From sequence record MK599315.1: a DNA stretch of 64,000 nucleotides, one strand, 5' to 3'. Below are positions 31,766 to 43,675 of this stretch, one piece after another (the first letter of the stretch is position 1; the number at the start of each line of letters is the position of its first letter). A model generated the notes under the pieces. The model was not told where the DNA came from. It was given only the letters and a program-made list of their open reading frames with translations, and did not search any database. The translations under genes were made by a program, and so were the position numbers.

Positions 31766-32866
31766 ATGTCTTATCGTGGCCCTAAACTTAATCCTAACCA
31801 GCAATATTGGATTGAGCGTTATACTCATCTGTGCATGAAGGCAATCCAGGCAGGTAACCGTTACAGCGCTTACCATTTCACTCTTAACGAACAAGGTCTG
31901 GAATCAGCCAGTGAGAAACTTCGCATCTATTACACGTTCGGTGTAGATCGTGAAGTGTACATCAAAGAACGCATACGGGAGATTAAGGACAAAGTCATCG
32001 CCAAGTTCAATCTCCATGCATTTGGTATCAGTGGTGGTTGGGCGTTGTTGGACGACGAAGGTATTCTCGGTTTCCTTATCGAGGGTATGGAGGAAGCGAC
32101 CTGCCATGGTTTCTCTATCTACTCTACTGAAGACTTCTCTACCAAGTTTAAAGAGATGTTCGAATCGGTATTCGATCAGACCAAACCGCCAAGCATCAAG
32201 CGTATCCGGTTGAATCGCCAGAAAGACGAACTCTATGCATGGAGTGAAGTAATCGCTACTCGTGATTACAACGAGAAGCTGATGGATATGTATCCGTTCC
32301 TGGATCGTTCTCCGGCTGAAACCTGGGCTGAGTTTGCAGCATCTGAGGCCAACGTACTTCTGTTGATTGGTCCGCCTGGTACTGGTAAGTCGAACTTCAT
32401 CAACGAGATGGTCCGTGCTCGTGGTTATGAAGATCGCAACGTCTATCTGGCTGACCAAGACTCCGTACTGAGTCATGGTGATCTCACCAACTTTATTCGT
32501 GGTGTCGAGGATAACTCGCTGATCATTACTGAAGACTCTGATAAGATGGTTGCCAAGCGTGAGGATGGTAACAGTAATATGGCAGGTCTGCTGAATGCGA
32601 CTGCTGGTCTTGTGTCTACCAAAACCAAGATCATCATCTCTACTAACCTCCCAACTCTTCGTGATGTTGACGAGGCTCTGGTTCGTCCTGGACGTGCTTT
32701 CGATATCCTCACCTTTAAGACCCTTACGGCTGAACAAGCGAACGATGCTCGTATTGCTAACGGTCTTGAGCCTGTGGATTTCGTTGGTAATAACTTCACT
32801 CTGGCTGAAGCATTGAACACTGATGCAGCTAGTTCTCCCCGTAAAGCAAACCGTATTGGTTTCTAA
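31766..32866 (+). CDS. AAA+ ATPase
   Basis: Walker A GPPGTGKS, Walker B IITEDSD, second region of homology LVRPGRAFD. Confidence 0.9.
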   Translation: MSYRGPKLNPNQQYWIERYTHLCMKAIQAGNRYSAYHFTLNEQGLESASEKLRIYYTFGVDREVYIKERIREIKDKVIAKFNLHAFGISGGWALLDDEGILGFLIEGMEEATCHGFSIYSTEDFSTKFKEMFESVFDQTKPPSIKRIRLNRQKDELYAWSEVIATRDYNEKLMDMYPFLDRSPAETWAEFAASEANVLLLIGPPGTGKSNFINEMVRARGYEDRNVYLADQDSVLSHGDLTNFIRGVEDNSLIITEDSDKMVAKREDGNSNMAGLLNATAGLVSTKTKIIISTNLPTLRDVDEALVRPGRAFDILTFKTLTAEQANDARIANGLEPVDFVGNNFTLAEALNTDAASSPRKANRIGF

Positions 32867-32875
32867 GGTAAAAGA

Positions 32876-33340
32876 ATGGCACATTCAGAAGCGTTTGAAG
32901 ACGCTTGGGATCAAGTGAAAGCAGCGGTAAGTACTGTCCCTATCGAACATCGAATAAAGATCATTGAAGCAGCTGTACGCAAGCATAAAGAAACTCTCCG
33001 TGAACGCTGCTGGATTGAGAACGACGAAGATGGTTTCACTGGATGGCGTTGGGATAAGTACAACAAGACTCGTTACATCGTCTGTGCAGCTAACCGTTAC
33101 AAAGACTACATTGTAACGGGTTCTCGCCATTACTGTGTATCCATGAATGCGCAGATCGATCTTATCGGTATGGACGCACTCAGGGCATATGCAGCCGATG
33201 ACTATGAGCAAGGCTTCATTGATCAATACGGTGTCTTCTGGTCTCGAAGTGATGCACTGGAACACGTGAAGAAAACTGGCCAATTGCGTTACCCTGAACA
33301 TTGCACATGCGATGAGCTTTTTTCGGAAGGTTTGTACTAA
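32876..33340 (+). CDS. Conserved phage hypothetical protein
   Basis: CAANR..GSRH and EQGFIDQYGVF..R..A motifs, recalled from many phage proteins. Confidence 0.7.
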   Translation: MAHSEAFEDAWDQVKAAVSTVPIEHRIKIIEAAVRKHKETLRERCWIENDEDGFTGWRWDKYNKTRYIVCAANRYKDYIVTGSRHYCVSMNAQIDLIGMDALRAYAADDYEQGFIDQYGVFWSRSDALEHVKKTGQLRYPEHCTCDELFSEGLY

Positions 33341-33654
33341 TGCTCGTTGAAACTATCGACCTTATAGAAATCGTAAAGTCTTCTAATAAGAAAACCGTTG
33401 AATTGCATGATGCAATCGTAGGAGTACTGCGTGATCTACTCTATGAAACCTCTAGCCTTAGAACTCGACTTAGATGCCAGTCAAAGAGAGAGGCTCCTTG
33501 GGTTCGTAAATACATTGCTAAGCGTACTACATACAGACATCGACCTTTCCATTTGTCTGTACAGAGGGAAAACGGAATTACAATTAGAGGCAGTTCGTAC
33601 CAACGTCGCTACATTGAAGGAACACTTCCGTTCCGCACTAGAAGGGGCTACTAA
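33340..33654 (+). CDS. Basic hypothetical protein
   Basis: TAATG stop/start overlap at both ends. Confidence 0.65.
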   Translation: MLVETIDLIEIVKSSNKKTVELHDAIVGVLRDLLYETSSLRTRLRCQSKREAPWVRKYIAKRTTYRHRPFHLSVQRENGITIRGSSYQRRYIEGTLPFRTRRGY

Positions 33655-34076
33655 TGTCGAAAAAGAAACAACGTCAACTCGTTACTGTCACCCTCAATGG
33701 CTTGGGTATTGAGCTTAAAGATGTAGAGCTCAAAAACATTGGTCGTGGTAAAGGTGACATGTTTGTCCATCTGGAAGAACGTAACGATCGCTGGTCAATC
33801 ATTCACACTGATAGCCCCGTATTGAATGAAATGGGTGATGAACTCACAATTGAATTCAAGCGTGGTGGTGACTTCCTTTTCCTGGAAGCTATTAATCCAG
33901 CTGGACAGGGTTATGGTTTCGCTATTTCAAAAGCGGCTAAAATCGTTTCTGCTGGGGCACCTAAGTTCTTGCATATTGATCAGCTGCCAGACGGATTCGA
34001 ATACCGTATGAACTGGAGCGGGAATTTCTTTGATGAATCTCGCTGCATTCAATCGATCGTAATTAAAAAGCAATGA
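33654..34076 (+). CDS. Hypothetical protein with an internal two-fold repeat
   Basis: Two similar ~45 aa segments (KNIGRGKGDMFVHLEE.. and KIVSAGAPKFLHIDQ..). Confidence 0.7.
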   Translation: MSKKKQRQLVTVTLNGLGIELKDVELKNIGRGKGDMFVHLEERNDRWSIIHTDSPVLNEMGDELTIEFKRGGDFLFLEAINPAGQGYGFAISKAAKIVSAGAPKFLHIDQLPDGFEYRMNWSGNFFDESRCIQSIVIKKQ

Positions 34077-34147
34077 GGTCCTAACATGCCTATCTACAAC
34101 CAAGTGTTTCCTGGCTTTATTAACATAGAGCCAAAGGAGGCACTCTC

Positions 34148-34309
34148 ATGTCGCGTAGCAATCATTCCAAACACCAGCAGTCCAAAGAGTTCTGGAGCCG
34201 TCGTCCAATGCGCTATTTCACTTCCTGCAAATGGGCTAAAGTGAAATGCCATCGGATCGAACGAGCACAAGCCCGTGATCTGGTTAGGAAAGAAGTGGAC
34301 AAGCTGTAA
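34148..34309 (+). CDS. Small basic protein (53 aa)
   Basis: Read manually: MSRSNHSKHQQSKEFWSRRP...; GGAGG SD; ends at a terminator. Confidence 0.6.
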   Translation: MSRSNHSKHQQSKEFWSRRPMRYFTSCKWAKVKCHRIERAQARDLVRKEVDKL

Positions 34310-34313
34310 CTAG

Positions 34314-34340
34314 AAAAGGGAGCTTCGGCTCCCCTTTTTA
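34314..34340 (+). terminator. Intrinsic terminator
   Basis: AAAAGGGAGC-TTCG-GCTCCCCTTTTT. Confidence 0.75.
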
Positions 34341-34359
34341 TTTCTTTTTGGAAATAGCG

Positions 34360-35097
34360 ATGAACCCATTGATCTTATTCTCGGGTGGATTAGATTCCAC
34401 TTACATGCTTCAGCAGTATCTTCAAAAAGGTTCGGTGGATGTCATGTACATCAATGCTGGTCAAGACGAAGAAAAGATGAAGTTAGAACTCAGGCAACGA
34501 CAAGTAATCCTTGAAAAGTTTTCTGAGTTCTACCCTTACAAAGTACAAGCGCAATATGAACGTCTGAAAAGTACCCAGTTACAAGGTGATAATACCAAAT
34601 GGTCACAAGTTGCACCGTGGTTATTTGGGGCGCTGGCTATAGCTGATTCGGCTCGACATAGCAAGTTGATGATAGGGTATGTCAGTGATGATGGTGCCTA
34701 CTTCGGATCACATCTACGGTACATCGAAGACGCTTGGTATAATCTGCAAAAGGTATCTTGCGTTAATGATCCTATTCCAATTGAGTTCCCTTTACTCGGC
34801 ATGACGAAGGTCGATATTCTTCGTGATCTAGATAAGAGAGTACTGAACGACATTTGGATATGTGAGACACCTACTAATGAAAAACATTGTGGCAAATGTA
34901 AGCCGTGTGTAACCATGACTCGTGTTCTTAGCGATTACAAAATTCGACATAAGGAAACTGTATTTGCTACAGCTCGCAGAGCACTGATTCCACATAAGTT
35001 TCCAGTGGATAGATACCCAGGTCCGATGGATAAAGATCACAACCATTATGTCTTTAACATGGCTGGCCCAGATTACTACAAAATCCCGAGGCATTGA
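34360..35097 (+). CDS. QueC-like PP-loop ATPase
   Basis: LFSGGLDSTY PP-loop; Zn motif C-x8-CGKCKPC. Confidence 0.8.
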   Translation: MNPLILFSGGLDSTYMLQQYLQKGSVDVMYINAGQDEEKMKLELRQRQVILEKFSEFYPYKVQAQYERLKSTQLQGDNTKWSQVAPWLFGALAIADSARHSKLMIGYVSDDGAYFGSHLRYIEDAWYNLQKVSCVNDPIPIEFPLLGMTKVDILRDLDKRVLNDIWICETPTNEKHCGKCKPCVTMTRVLSDYKIRHKETVFATARRALIPHKFPVDRYPGPMDKDHNHYVFNMAGPDYYKIPRH

Positions 35098-35098
35098 A

Positions 35099-35574
35099 AT
35101 GACAGACAAGAACAAAGACGAATCCATTATTGTACTTAGTACGAATGCATTCGAAGACTGATGGCGTATGCGAGGATCGGCTGTGAAGAAACTGGTTGCC
35201 CTGAGAAAGCAAACTCTCTGCACAAGCATGCACGTAAGCGCAACACTTGGCTGCGTGATAAACACATGCAGGAGACTCAAGAAGCTCGTCGCAACTATGC
35301 TAACCTGAAACAACAGGGCAAGCAGTTCGTTGGTGCTCATGGTGGCACTACTGTTTACATGCATTATGACGAGTTCGTCGTTATCCCGGTTAAGGTACTT
35401 TCTGTCTATCTTCCTAACCGAATTAAGATCCGTGTCAAAGAACATGGTTTCAATGGTCGTGAGCAATTGGTTGATCTGAACCAATTGACTATCACCAAAC
35501 CGGCAGACACATGGACACCGATGGAACTTGCTCGGCTTCAATGGGATTCATCGAAGAGTCGTTATCGTGGCTAG
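35099..35574 (+). CDS. Hypothetical protein, paralogue of 36761..37339; probable -1 frameshift near 35155
   Basis: ATG 35099 follows the QueC stop; adding one A gives MTDKNKDESIIVLSTNAFERLMAYA joined to ORF 35161. Confidence 0.6.
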
Positions 35575-35581
35575 GGGATAC

Positions 35582-36220
35582 ATGGCAATCGTAGGTTCTC
35601 GTAACGTACCTGAATGGATCCTTGAAGTAATGATCCGCCTTGGTCGTACGCTCACGGACTACGGTTGGGCTATTAGCTCTGGCGACGCCTATGATTCTGA
35701 TCGGGCTGGCTGGTATGGTGCAAAGCAGTCGCGTAAGTATGGTGAGGTAGGTGCTAGGATCTATCTCGCTAGTGGTACAGGTAGAAGCTTCTATCGCATT
35801 CGCGATAATGCTTTCTTTATGGATGCGTCCCAGTTCACTGATACATGGGCTACAGCTGAAAGTATGGCTGCTTGTGCTCGTGGTAGTTTTGGTGGGTTGA
35901 ACGATTACGGTAAAGCTCTCCATACTCGAAACGTCTTCCAGATCCATGGTCATACTCTCGACGAGTTGGTCACTGGTATCTTCTATTATGCCGTCCCTAA
36001 GGGGAAGCGTGAGAATGAAGTGGTAGGTGGTGGTACTAACACAGCAGTTCGCTTAAGTGTTAATGCTGGTGTTCCTATCCGTAAGAACCTGTACTACGAT
36101 GATGACTTAAAATGGGTCATCAGGTTCCTAGATAAATACGAGCTTGATTATCCATACGAGCCGATTGACTGGACAGCTATCCATCATCCACAAGACCCGA
36201 GGATACTTGATTTTGAATAA
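35582..36220 (+). CDS. SLOG (DprA/Smf-LOG) family Rossmann-fold protein
   Basis: AIVGSRNVP, ISSGDAYDSD and GGGTNTAV motifs; AGGGGA SD. Confidence 0.8.
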   Translation: MAIVGSRNVPEWILEVMIRLGRTLTDYGWAISSGDAYDSDRAGWYGAKQSRKYGEVGARIYLASGTGRSFYRIRDNAFFMDASQFTDTWATAESMAACARGSFGGLNDYGKALHTRNVFQIHGHTLDELVTGIFYYAVPKGKRENEVVGGGTNTAVRLSVNAGVPIRKNLYYDDDLKWVIRFLDKYELDYPYEPIDWTAIHHPQDPRILDFE

Positions 36221-36605
36221 ACAAATAAAAGGCGTCATATTCAAGAATTCCCCTATTGATCCGATTGAGTTCGGCAAACAACTCAAACGGAACACAGGGG
36301 AAACATACAAACTGGAAAAAATCAAAGGTACTCTGAATTCAGCTAATGCGTCAGTTCAATGGCATCATGTTCATCAACGTCCATTGGATGAACAGATGAT
36401 TCTGGCTAATATTGAATTGACTATAATTGAAGAAATCTTACTGGGTAACGATGTAGAGGGTATGTATGAACGTTTGTTGCAACAAGCTATTTCGCTCGAT
36501 GGGTCGGAACCGAAGAGCACTGTTTGTGGATGCTTCTCTTGTAGAAACGTTATCTTCGGAAAAAGAGCTCCCACCTATCAATTGGAGAAAAGCCGTGACG
36601 ATTAA
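36213..36605 (+). CDS. Hypothetical protein
   Basis: TTG start with GAGGA SD. Confidence 0.6.
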   Translation: MNKQIKGVIFKNSPIDPIEFGKQLKRNTGETYKLEKIKGTLNSANASVQWHHVHQRPLDEQMILANIELTIIEEILLGNDVEGMYERLLQQAISLDGSEPKSTVCGCFSCRNVIFGKRAPTYQLEKSRDD

Positions 36606-36774
36606 AGCATCTGAGGATTGGGTTCGTCGGAAACTCAAACTGTCAATGAAAGGAGATGAAAATCCAATCATTGAACTCGCCGAGAAATATGAATTCCGTA
36701 AAGCAGAGTTTAATCCGGACCACCTCAAGAAACATTACTTTACCACTAACGGAGATTCCCATGCAGCGCAATAA
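36595..36774 (+). CDS. Small hypothetical protein
   Basis: GTG start with GGAG SD. Confidence 0.55.
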   Translation: MTIKASEDWVRRKLKLSMKGDENPIIELAEKYEFRKAEFNPDHLKKHYFTTNGDSHAAQ

Positions 36775-37339
36775 TGATCCGCAACAAGTTATCATGTCCA
36801 TCGAAGCATACAACAATCTTGTTGCAATGGCCGACTCCTCGCCGCGCTATAGCACCAAACTGATTCGACGACATGTTCGAAAGATGAATCCTTTCCTACA
36901 ACCGGCACATCAGAAAGCGGTTAGAGAAGCGGAGATTATTCGCACGAAACGTATTAGGGAAGCACGAGCTTTCTTTGAAGCTAATCATGGTAAGACATTA
37001 TACGCTGAAGTGGACTTGGGTAGTCTTAAGCAAGGTGATGATCCCGTTTACTTCCCGTGCGTATCGGAACGTATTGACACCAACCGTCAGCTCATCCGTA
37101 TCCACCATGTTCTTGAAACTGGTAAGGCTATTCGCACCCGTAAAGTAACTGCCAATAGTCTGACTACTGTTCTCCCGGAAGGTTATATTCAAGGCGTCAT
37201 GCAGTTCCGTGAATACATGGTAAAAGAGAATGGTCCGTATGACCTGCGTAAACAAGAGCAAGATCGTGAAGCTGCTCTGAAGCAATATGTCGCAACTCTG
37301 ACCGATAAATCAGACGAAGAGACTCTGGTAGAGCGTTGA
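36761..37339 (+). CDS. Hypothetical protein
   Basis: ATG 36761 with GGAG SD. Confidence 0.75.
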   Translation: MQRNNDPQQVIMSIEAYNNLVAMADSSPRYSTKLIRRHVRKMNPFLQPAHQKAVREAEIIRTKRIREARAFFEANHGKTLYAEVDLGSLKQGDDPVYFPCVSERIDTNRQLIRIHHVLETGKAIRTRKVTANSLTTVLPEGYIQGVMQFREYMVKENGPYDLRKQEQDREAALKQYVATLTDKSDEETLVER

Positions 37340-37387
37340 TTTACTGACCATGTTAATAGTGTACGTCTCCAACAGGTAAATTAAAAA

Positions 37388-38032
37388 ATGACAGTTCTCT
37401 CTGATAAAACAATTCGTGAATACTGCGAAGGCACAATGGTCGGTGCACATGGTCCAATGATAGAACCATTTCACGGTTCGTCAGTGAAAGAAGATAGTCA
37501 TGGAAAGCGTATCGCTTCCTATGGTCTGTCCTCTGGGGGTTATGATCTTCGAGCTGGTACTGAGTTTAAAGTATTCAAGCCTCTACCTAAGTTCACTCTT
37601 TGGCAACGTTTCAAAGCCTGGGTAACAGGTAAAGAACTTGAACACCCTGTACTGGATTACAAGAATATCAGCGCTGATCTGTTTGATACAGTCTACGGTG
37701 ATAAAGTTGTAGTTCCCCCAGGTGGTTTCCTTCTGACTCATTCGAAAGAGTATGTTCGAATGCCTCGGAATGTAATCGCAATGTGTATTGGTAAATCTAC
37801 CATCGCGCGAGCTGGTTGGAACTGTCTGTGTACTCCGATCGAACCAGGTTGGGAAGGACATATCACGTTCGAGTTCCAGAACACTACTAATCGCCCTAAC
37901 GTGTTCTATGCACATGAAGGTGTTTTGCAACTGGTGTTCCATGATCTCGATCAAGATTGTGAAACTTCCTATGCAGATCGTGGTGGTAAATACATGAAAC
38001 AGGCAGATAAGGTTATTCTGCCTCGGGTATAA
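37388..38032 (+). CDS. dcd: dCTP deaminase
   Basis: SYGLSSGGYDLR, GKSTIARAG, TPIEPGWEGHITFE and YADRGGKY motifs. Confidence 0.95.
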   Translation: MTVLSDKTIREYCEGTMVGAHGPMIEPFHGSSVKEDSHGKRIASYGLSSGGYDLRAGTEFKVFKPLPKFTLWQRFKAWVTGKELEHPVLDYKNISADLFDTVYGDKVVVPPGGFLLTHSKEYVRMPRNVIAMCIGKSTIARAGWNCLCTPIEPGWEGHITFEFQNTTNRPNVFYAHEGVLQLVFHDLDQDCETSYADRGGKYMKQADKVILPRV

Positions 38033-38121
38033 TTTATTAAGGTGGTTTGGTTTACATTTAAGCCTTTTTAAAGGCTATATTACAAATGTGAACTACAAAC
38101 CACCAATAGGAGAATACAAGC

Positions 38122-38589
38122 ATGGCACGCGTTAAATTCAACTCGCTTAAAGACCTTATTGCTGCTCAAGGTCCTATTGCTACTGTACCGGCACCCAAGA
38201 AAGAAAAGAAGAAGGCAGAGCCTGTAGCTGCACCTAAAACTGCTCTTCCGATGCCTACAGTACCTAAGCGAGTGAAGAACAAGAAGAAAGATCCGGTACA
38301 TCGTCCTGCACCTGAAAAGGAAATTCGCTACGCCCAAGTAACGGATTTCCGCGTTAAACCCGAGGGGCAGAAAGAGGTCTCCAAGCCGGACCAATCTGGT
38401 TTGTCTGAACTGGGTCACTTTAAAAATAAACTTGATTGTCTCGGTCTTGAACTGTTTGGTTGTGAAGTTCGCAAGAAGAAAGAATTCGCTGATGAGTTCT
38501 TTAATGATGCAACTGAGACACCGACTCAACGGGCAATGATCAAAGAGTTCCAAGATCTCTATGATTCTAAGTTCCGTGTAAAGGTTTAA
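38122..38589 (+). CDS. Lys/Pro-rich hypothetical protein
   Basis: AGGAG SD; low-complexity basic N-terminal half; followed by a terminator. Confidence 0.75.
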   Translation: MARVKFNSLKDLIAAQGPIATVPAPKKEKKKAEPVAAPKTALPMPTVPKRVKNKKKDPVHRPAPEKEIRYAQVTDFRVKPEGQKEVSKPDQSGLSELGHFKNKLDCLGLELFGCEVRKKKEFADEFFNDATETPTQRAMIKEFQDLYDSKFRVKV

Positions 38590-38596
38590 AACATAG

Positions 38597-38640
38597 TGCT
38601 CCTACCTTCGGGTAGGAGCATTTGCTTTCTTTTTATTTTT
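38597..38640 (+). terminator. Intrinsic terminator
   Basis: TGCTCCTACC-TTCG-GGTAGGAGCA followed by a T tract. Confidence 0.8.
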
Positions 38641-38657
38641 TCTCAGATCTACATTAT
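38631..38657 (+). promoter_or_regulatory. Early promoter variant
   Basis: ..TCTCAGATCTACATTAT after a terminator. Confidence 0.55.
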
Positions 38658-38686
38658 CAAAATGTATAACTATCGGAGATTTGTTC

Positions 38687-41276
<2,590 letters not shown>

Positions 41277-41294
41277 TTATCCTAGGAGATTACA

Positions 41295-41546
41295 ATGTTC
41301 GCGTCTATCAAAGAATGGTTCCGTAACCATGTTCGTACTATCCGGATTGCCAAGCTGGAAGAAAAACACCGTAAAGATGTTAAGGCTTTCCTTGACAAGA
41401 TCGATAAATGGGGTCTGACTGTACGTAAAGGTCGTGTAGTTGGGAATGCTAAAGATATCAGCATTTCTAATGACGCCCGTGTAGAACTTGAGGTTGAATA
41501 TAAGACCATCGTATGGGAACATCAGCAAGCGTTGAAAGCGCTGTAA
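41295..41546 (+). CDS. Small hypothetical protein
   Basis: AGGAG SD. Confidence 0.7.
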   Translation: MFASIKEWFRNHVRTIRIAKLEEKHRKDVKAFLDKIDKWGLTVRKGRVVGNAKDISISNDARVELEVEYKTIVWEHQQALKAL

Positions 41547-41582
41547 GTTCCCCTTCCATTAGGGTCGGTCGAGGTCTCAATA

Positions 41583-41792
41583 ATGAAAAAGCTGCGATTG
41601 GTTAAAGTAATAGCTAAACGGGTACTCTGGGTATTGGCTTTCATTACCCGAGTCCAGATAGTTGACCCCATCGTGAAAGCAAAAGCCCGGCGTGCTGGAT
41701 TCTATAGTAACCCTGTAGATCGTTCGTTGGAATGGAAACTTGCAGATGCGAACTTCCATGCTGACTACAACCTTGCACGTGCAGTTAAATAA
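41583..41792 (+). CDS. Small hypothetical protein
   Basis: GAGG SD; followed by a terminator. Confidence 0.6.
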   Translation: MKKLRLVKVIAKRVLWVLAFITRVQIVDPIVKAKARRAGFYSNPVDRSLEWKLADANFHADYNLARAVK

Positions 41793-41794
41793 AA

Positions 41795-41822
41795 ATAGCC
41801 TGTCCATCGGGACAGGCTATAT
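41795..41822 (+). terminator. Intrinsic terminator
   Basis: ATAGCCTGTCC..GGACAGGCTAT. Confidence 0.7.
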
Positions 41823-41836
41823 TCCGTGAGGTCCTG

Positions 41837-42325
41837 ATGATTGGATTATTTAAGATGTGGCGGGGTTTCCGTCAAGTGCATTCACTACATCGTGAAGGTA
41901 CACAAGCGATGTGGTTTAGACTACAAAGACTTGATCCTAAGCGGAAGTTGTTCAACCCTAATAAAATGAAAGAGTCTATTGCTCTGATTGACTTCTTGAC
42001 TAATGTTAGTATTGGACTAGGTGATGAATTCACATGTTTCCTAATCGAGTCAATTGGAGATAATCGTAACTGCGACATTATTGCAAGAGAGCTCCGCGAA
42101 TGGCATCGTAATACCGATGTATTGGCGAAGATTTTCTCGTTAGCCTATACGCAAGAAAATGCCGCAGCTCAAAGATATGCAATACTCTTAGCTAAAGAAC
42201 TCTCGTCTTTTATGCCGGAAAATGTGTACCTATGGTATAGTCGAGTACGTTTTGCAGTTAGGAAACAATTGCATGAACTCGATAAGGGTAGACCAGAACC
42301 GTCACCCTGGGAAGCAAATTTGTAA
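41837..42325 (+). CDS. Hypothetical helical protein
   Basis: GAGG SD. Confidence 0.7.
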   Translation: MIGLFKMWRGFRQVHSLHREGTQAMWFRLQRLDPKRKLFNPNKMKESIALIDFLTNVSIGLGDEFTCFLIESIGDNRNCDIIARELREWHRNTDVLAKIFSLAYTQENAAAQRYAILLAKELSSFMPENVYLWYSRVRFAVRKQLHELDKGRPEPSPWEANL

Positions 42326-42411
42326 GCAACACCCTCAAACCGAAATGGCATATTACTCCTTCCGGATAGGATGGGGTAATATGTTGTCTATGCTATTTAA
42401 AGGAAATAGGA

Positions 42412-42804
42412 ATGTACGATCATAAAGAAGCTATGGTCAATATGCATCAACGGATAGCTCTGCACAATGACTATTACATGGATGTCATTGTAGAAGGGAT
42501 GAAGGTCATTGATGAGAACGGGGTAATCAAAACTATTCCTTTCTCTCGTAAACTAAAGCCACGTCGAAGCAGTATCTTCCTAAAGAAACGAATTGGGAAG
42601 AAACGTCATAAAAAGGAACAAGACCAAAATGACATCCTTAAATGGATCTATGATCTCAGGATGTATCTGGTCGAAGCAAATGGCGAAGATGAACGTGTAA
42701 TCATTGACCAATTCAAAAACAAAATGAAGAGTGCCAACAACATGTACTTTAAGGCGCCGTTAACGAATCATTACGTCGGTGTAGCGATGGGTGACACACT
42801 GTGA
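42412..42804 (+). CDS. Hypothetical basic protein
   Basis: AAGGA SD. Confidence 0.7.
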   Translation: MYDHKEAMVNMHQRIALHNDYYMDVIVEGMKVIDENGVIKTIPFSRKLKPRRSSIFLKKRIGKKRHKKEQDQNDILKWIYDLRMYLVEANGEDERVIIDQFKNKMKSANNMYFKAPLTNHYVGVAMGDTL

Positions 42805-42948
42805 GAGACATTCTTATTGTCGAATCAGGTAATCCAGGGCGCGCCTCAGCACTTACTCTAATTGGCTCCATGGTTTTTAAAGACACCACCATACAAAAAT
42901 AATCCCAGCTTGAGCTGGGTACTATAATGAACTATCGAGGACTCAGCT

Positions 42949-43299
42949 ATGCAAACACACATCGATTTATTTACGGTTTACAGAGGGAAGTTGAACTCCC
43001 TGTTTACAGAAGAATTGGATCTCACTCTACAACAGGCAATAACACGAGTAGAGATCCTCTCCGATAATAAAGTTACAGACGAGTTTAACTGGTCTATCAG
43101 TCGGTCAAAAAATATAGATGGTTTGGTTGACACTATCTTTATTGTTCCGCGTGATCAACAAGGTATTGTCGTTGCTTATATCGAACTTCAGTATGGTTCA
43201 AACCATTTTGAAACCTTTGTAAGTCCAAGTTATCGAACACGGTTTATTTCCGTAACATTCGATTTGGAGGTTGATAATGGAACTAACTATACCGCTTAG
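42949..43299 (+). CDS. Hypothetical protein
   Basis: GAGGA SD. Confidence 0.7.
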   Translation: MQTHIDLFTVYRGKLNSLFTEELDLTLQQAITRVEILSDNKVTDEFNWSISRSKNIDGLVDTIFIVPRDQQGIVVAYIELQYGSNHFETFVSPSYRTRFISVTFDLEVDNGTNYTA

Positions 43300-43609
43300 T
43301 TTAGACAATAACTTCGAGCATGTTATTTTTAAATATGGCGATCTAACAGACTGTATATCGATACTAGACCGTAAAGGTAGGGTTGACAATACCTATTCCA
43401 TTACAGTCGAGTTGGATGACTTGTTCGATGATGAATGGTTAGTTACAATTCAGGCTAAACCGAACTGCCGTCGCTTCCTAAAGTTCAAACGGTATTGGTT
43501 TAGATACAACTCAGCAACAGGTCGTTTTGCTGGCGATCCATTCTTCATTGCCGGGTTAAGAAAACGTTTTATTCATATCAAAACACCATCTGGCATATCG
43601 CTTCCCTAA
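43277..43609 (+). CDS. Hypothetical protein
   Basis: GGAGG SD; followed by a terminator. Confidence 0.7.
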   Translation: MELTIPLSLDNNFEHVIFKYGDLTDCISILDRKGRVDNTYSITVELDDLFDDEWLVTIQAKPNCRRFLKFKRYWFRYNSATGRFAGDPFFIAGLRKRFIHIKTPSGISLP

Positions 43610-43622
43610 GGGGAGGCTTTAT
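43600..43622 (+). terminator. Intrinsic terminator
   Basis: GCTTCCC-TAAG-GGGAGGC-TTTAT. Confidence 0.7.
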
Positions 43623-43675
43623 GCCTTTTTTTATTTTCCTAACCAATCCTGTAGATTATTACAATCTGAGGATAT

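Noticed and set aside
34086-34244. ORF MPIYNQVFPGF... overlapping 34148..34309
   Set aside because: It competes with an overlapping ORF that has a stronger GGAGG SD and ends at the terminator.
5124-35161. Programmed ribosomal frameshifting as the common explanation of all split genes
   Set aside because: Only one site has an in-phase heptamer and no shared stimulatory structure was seen; sequencing deletions are simpler.
42904-42928. Sigma70 promoter (TTGAGC ... TATAAT)
   Set aside because: The spacer is only 7 bp, and the TTGA is the loop of a CCCAGC/GCTGGG hairpin.
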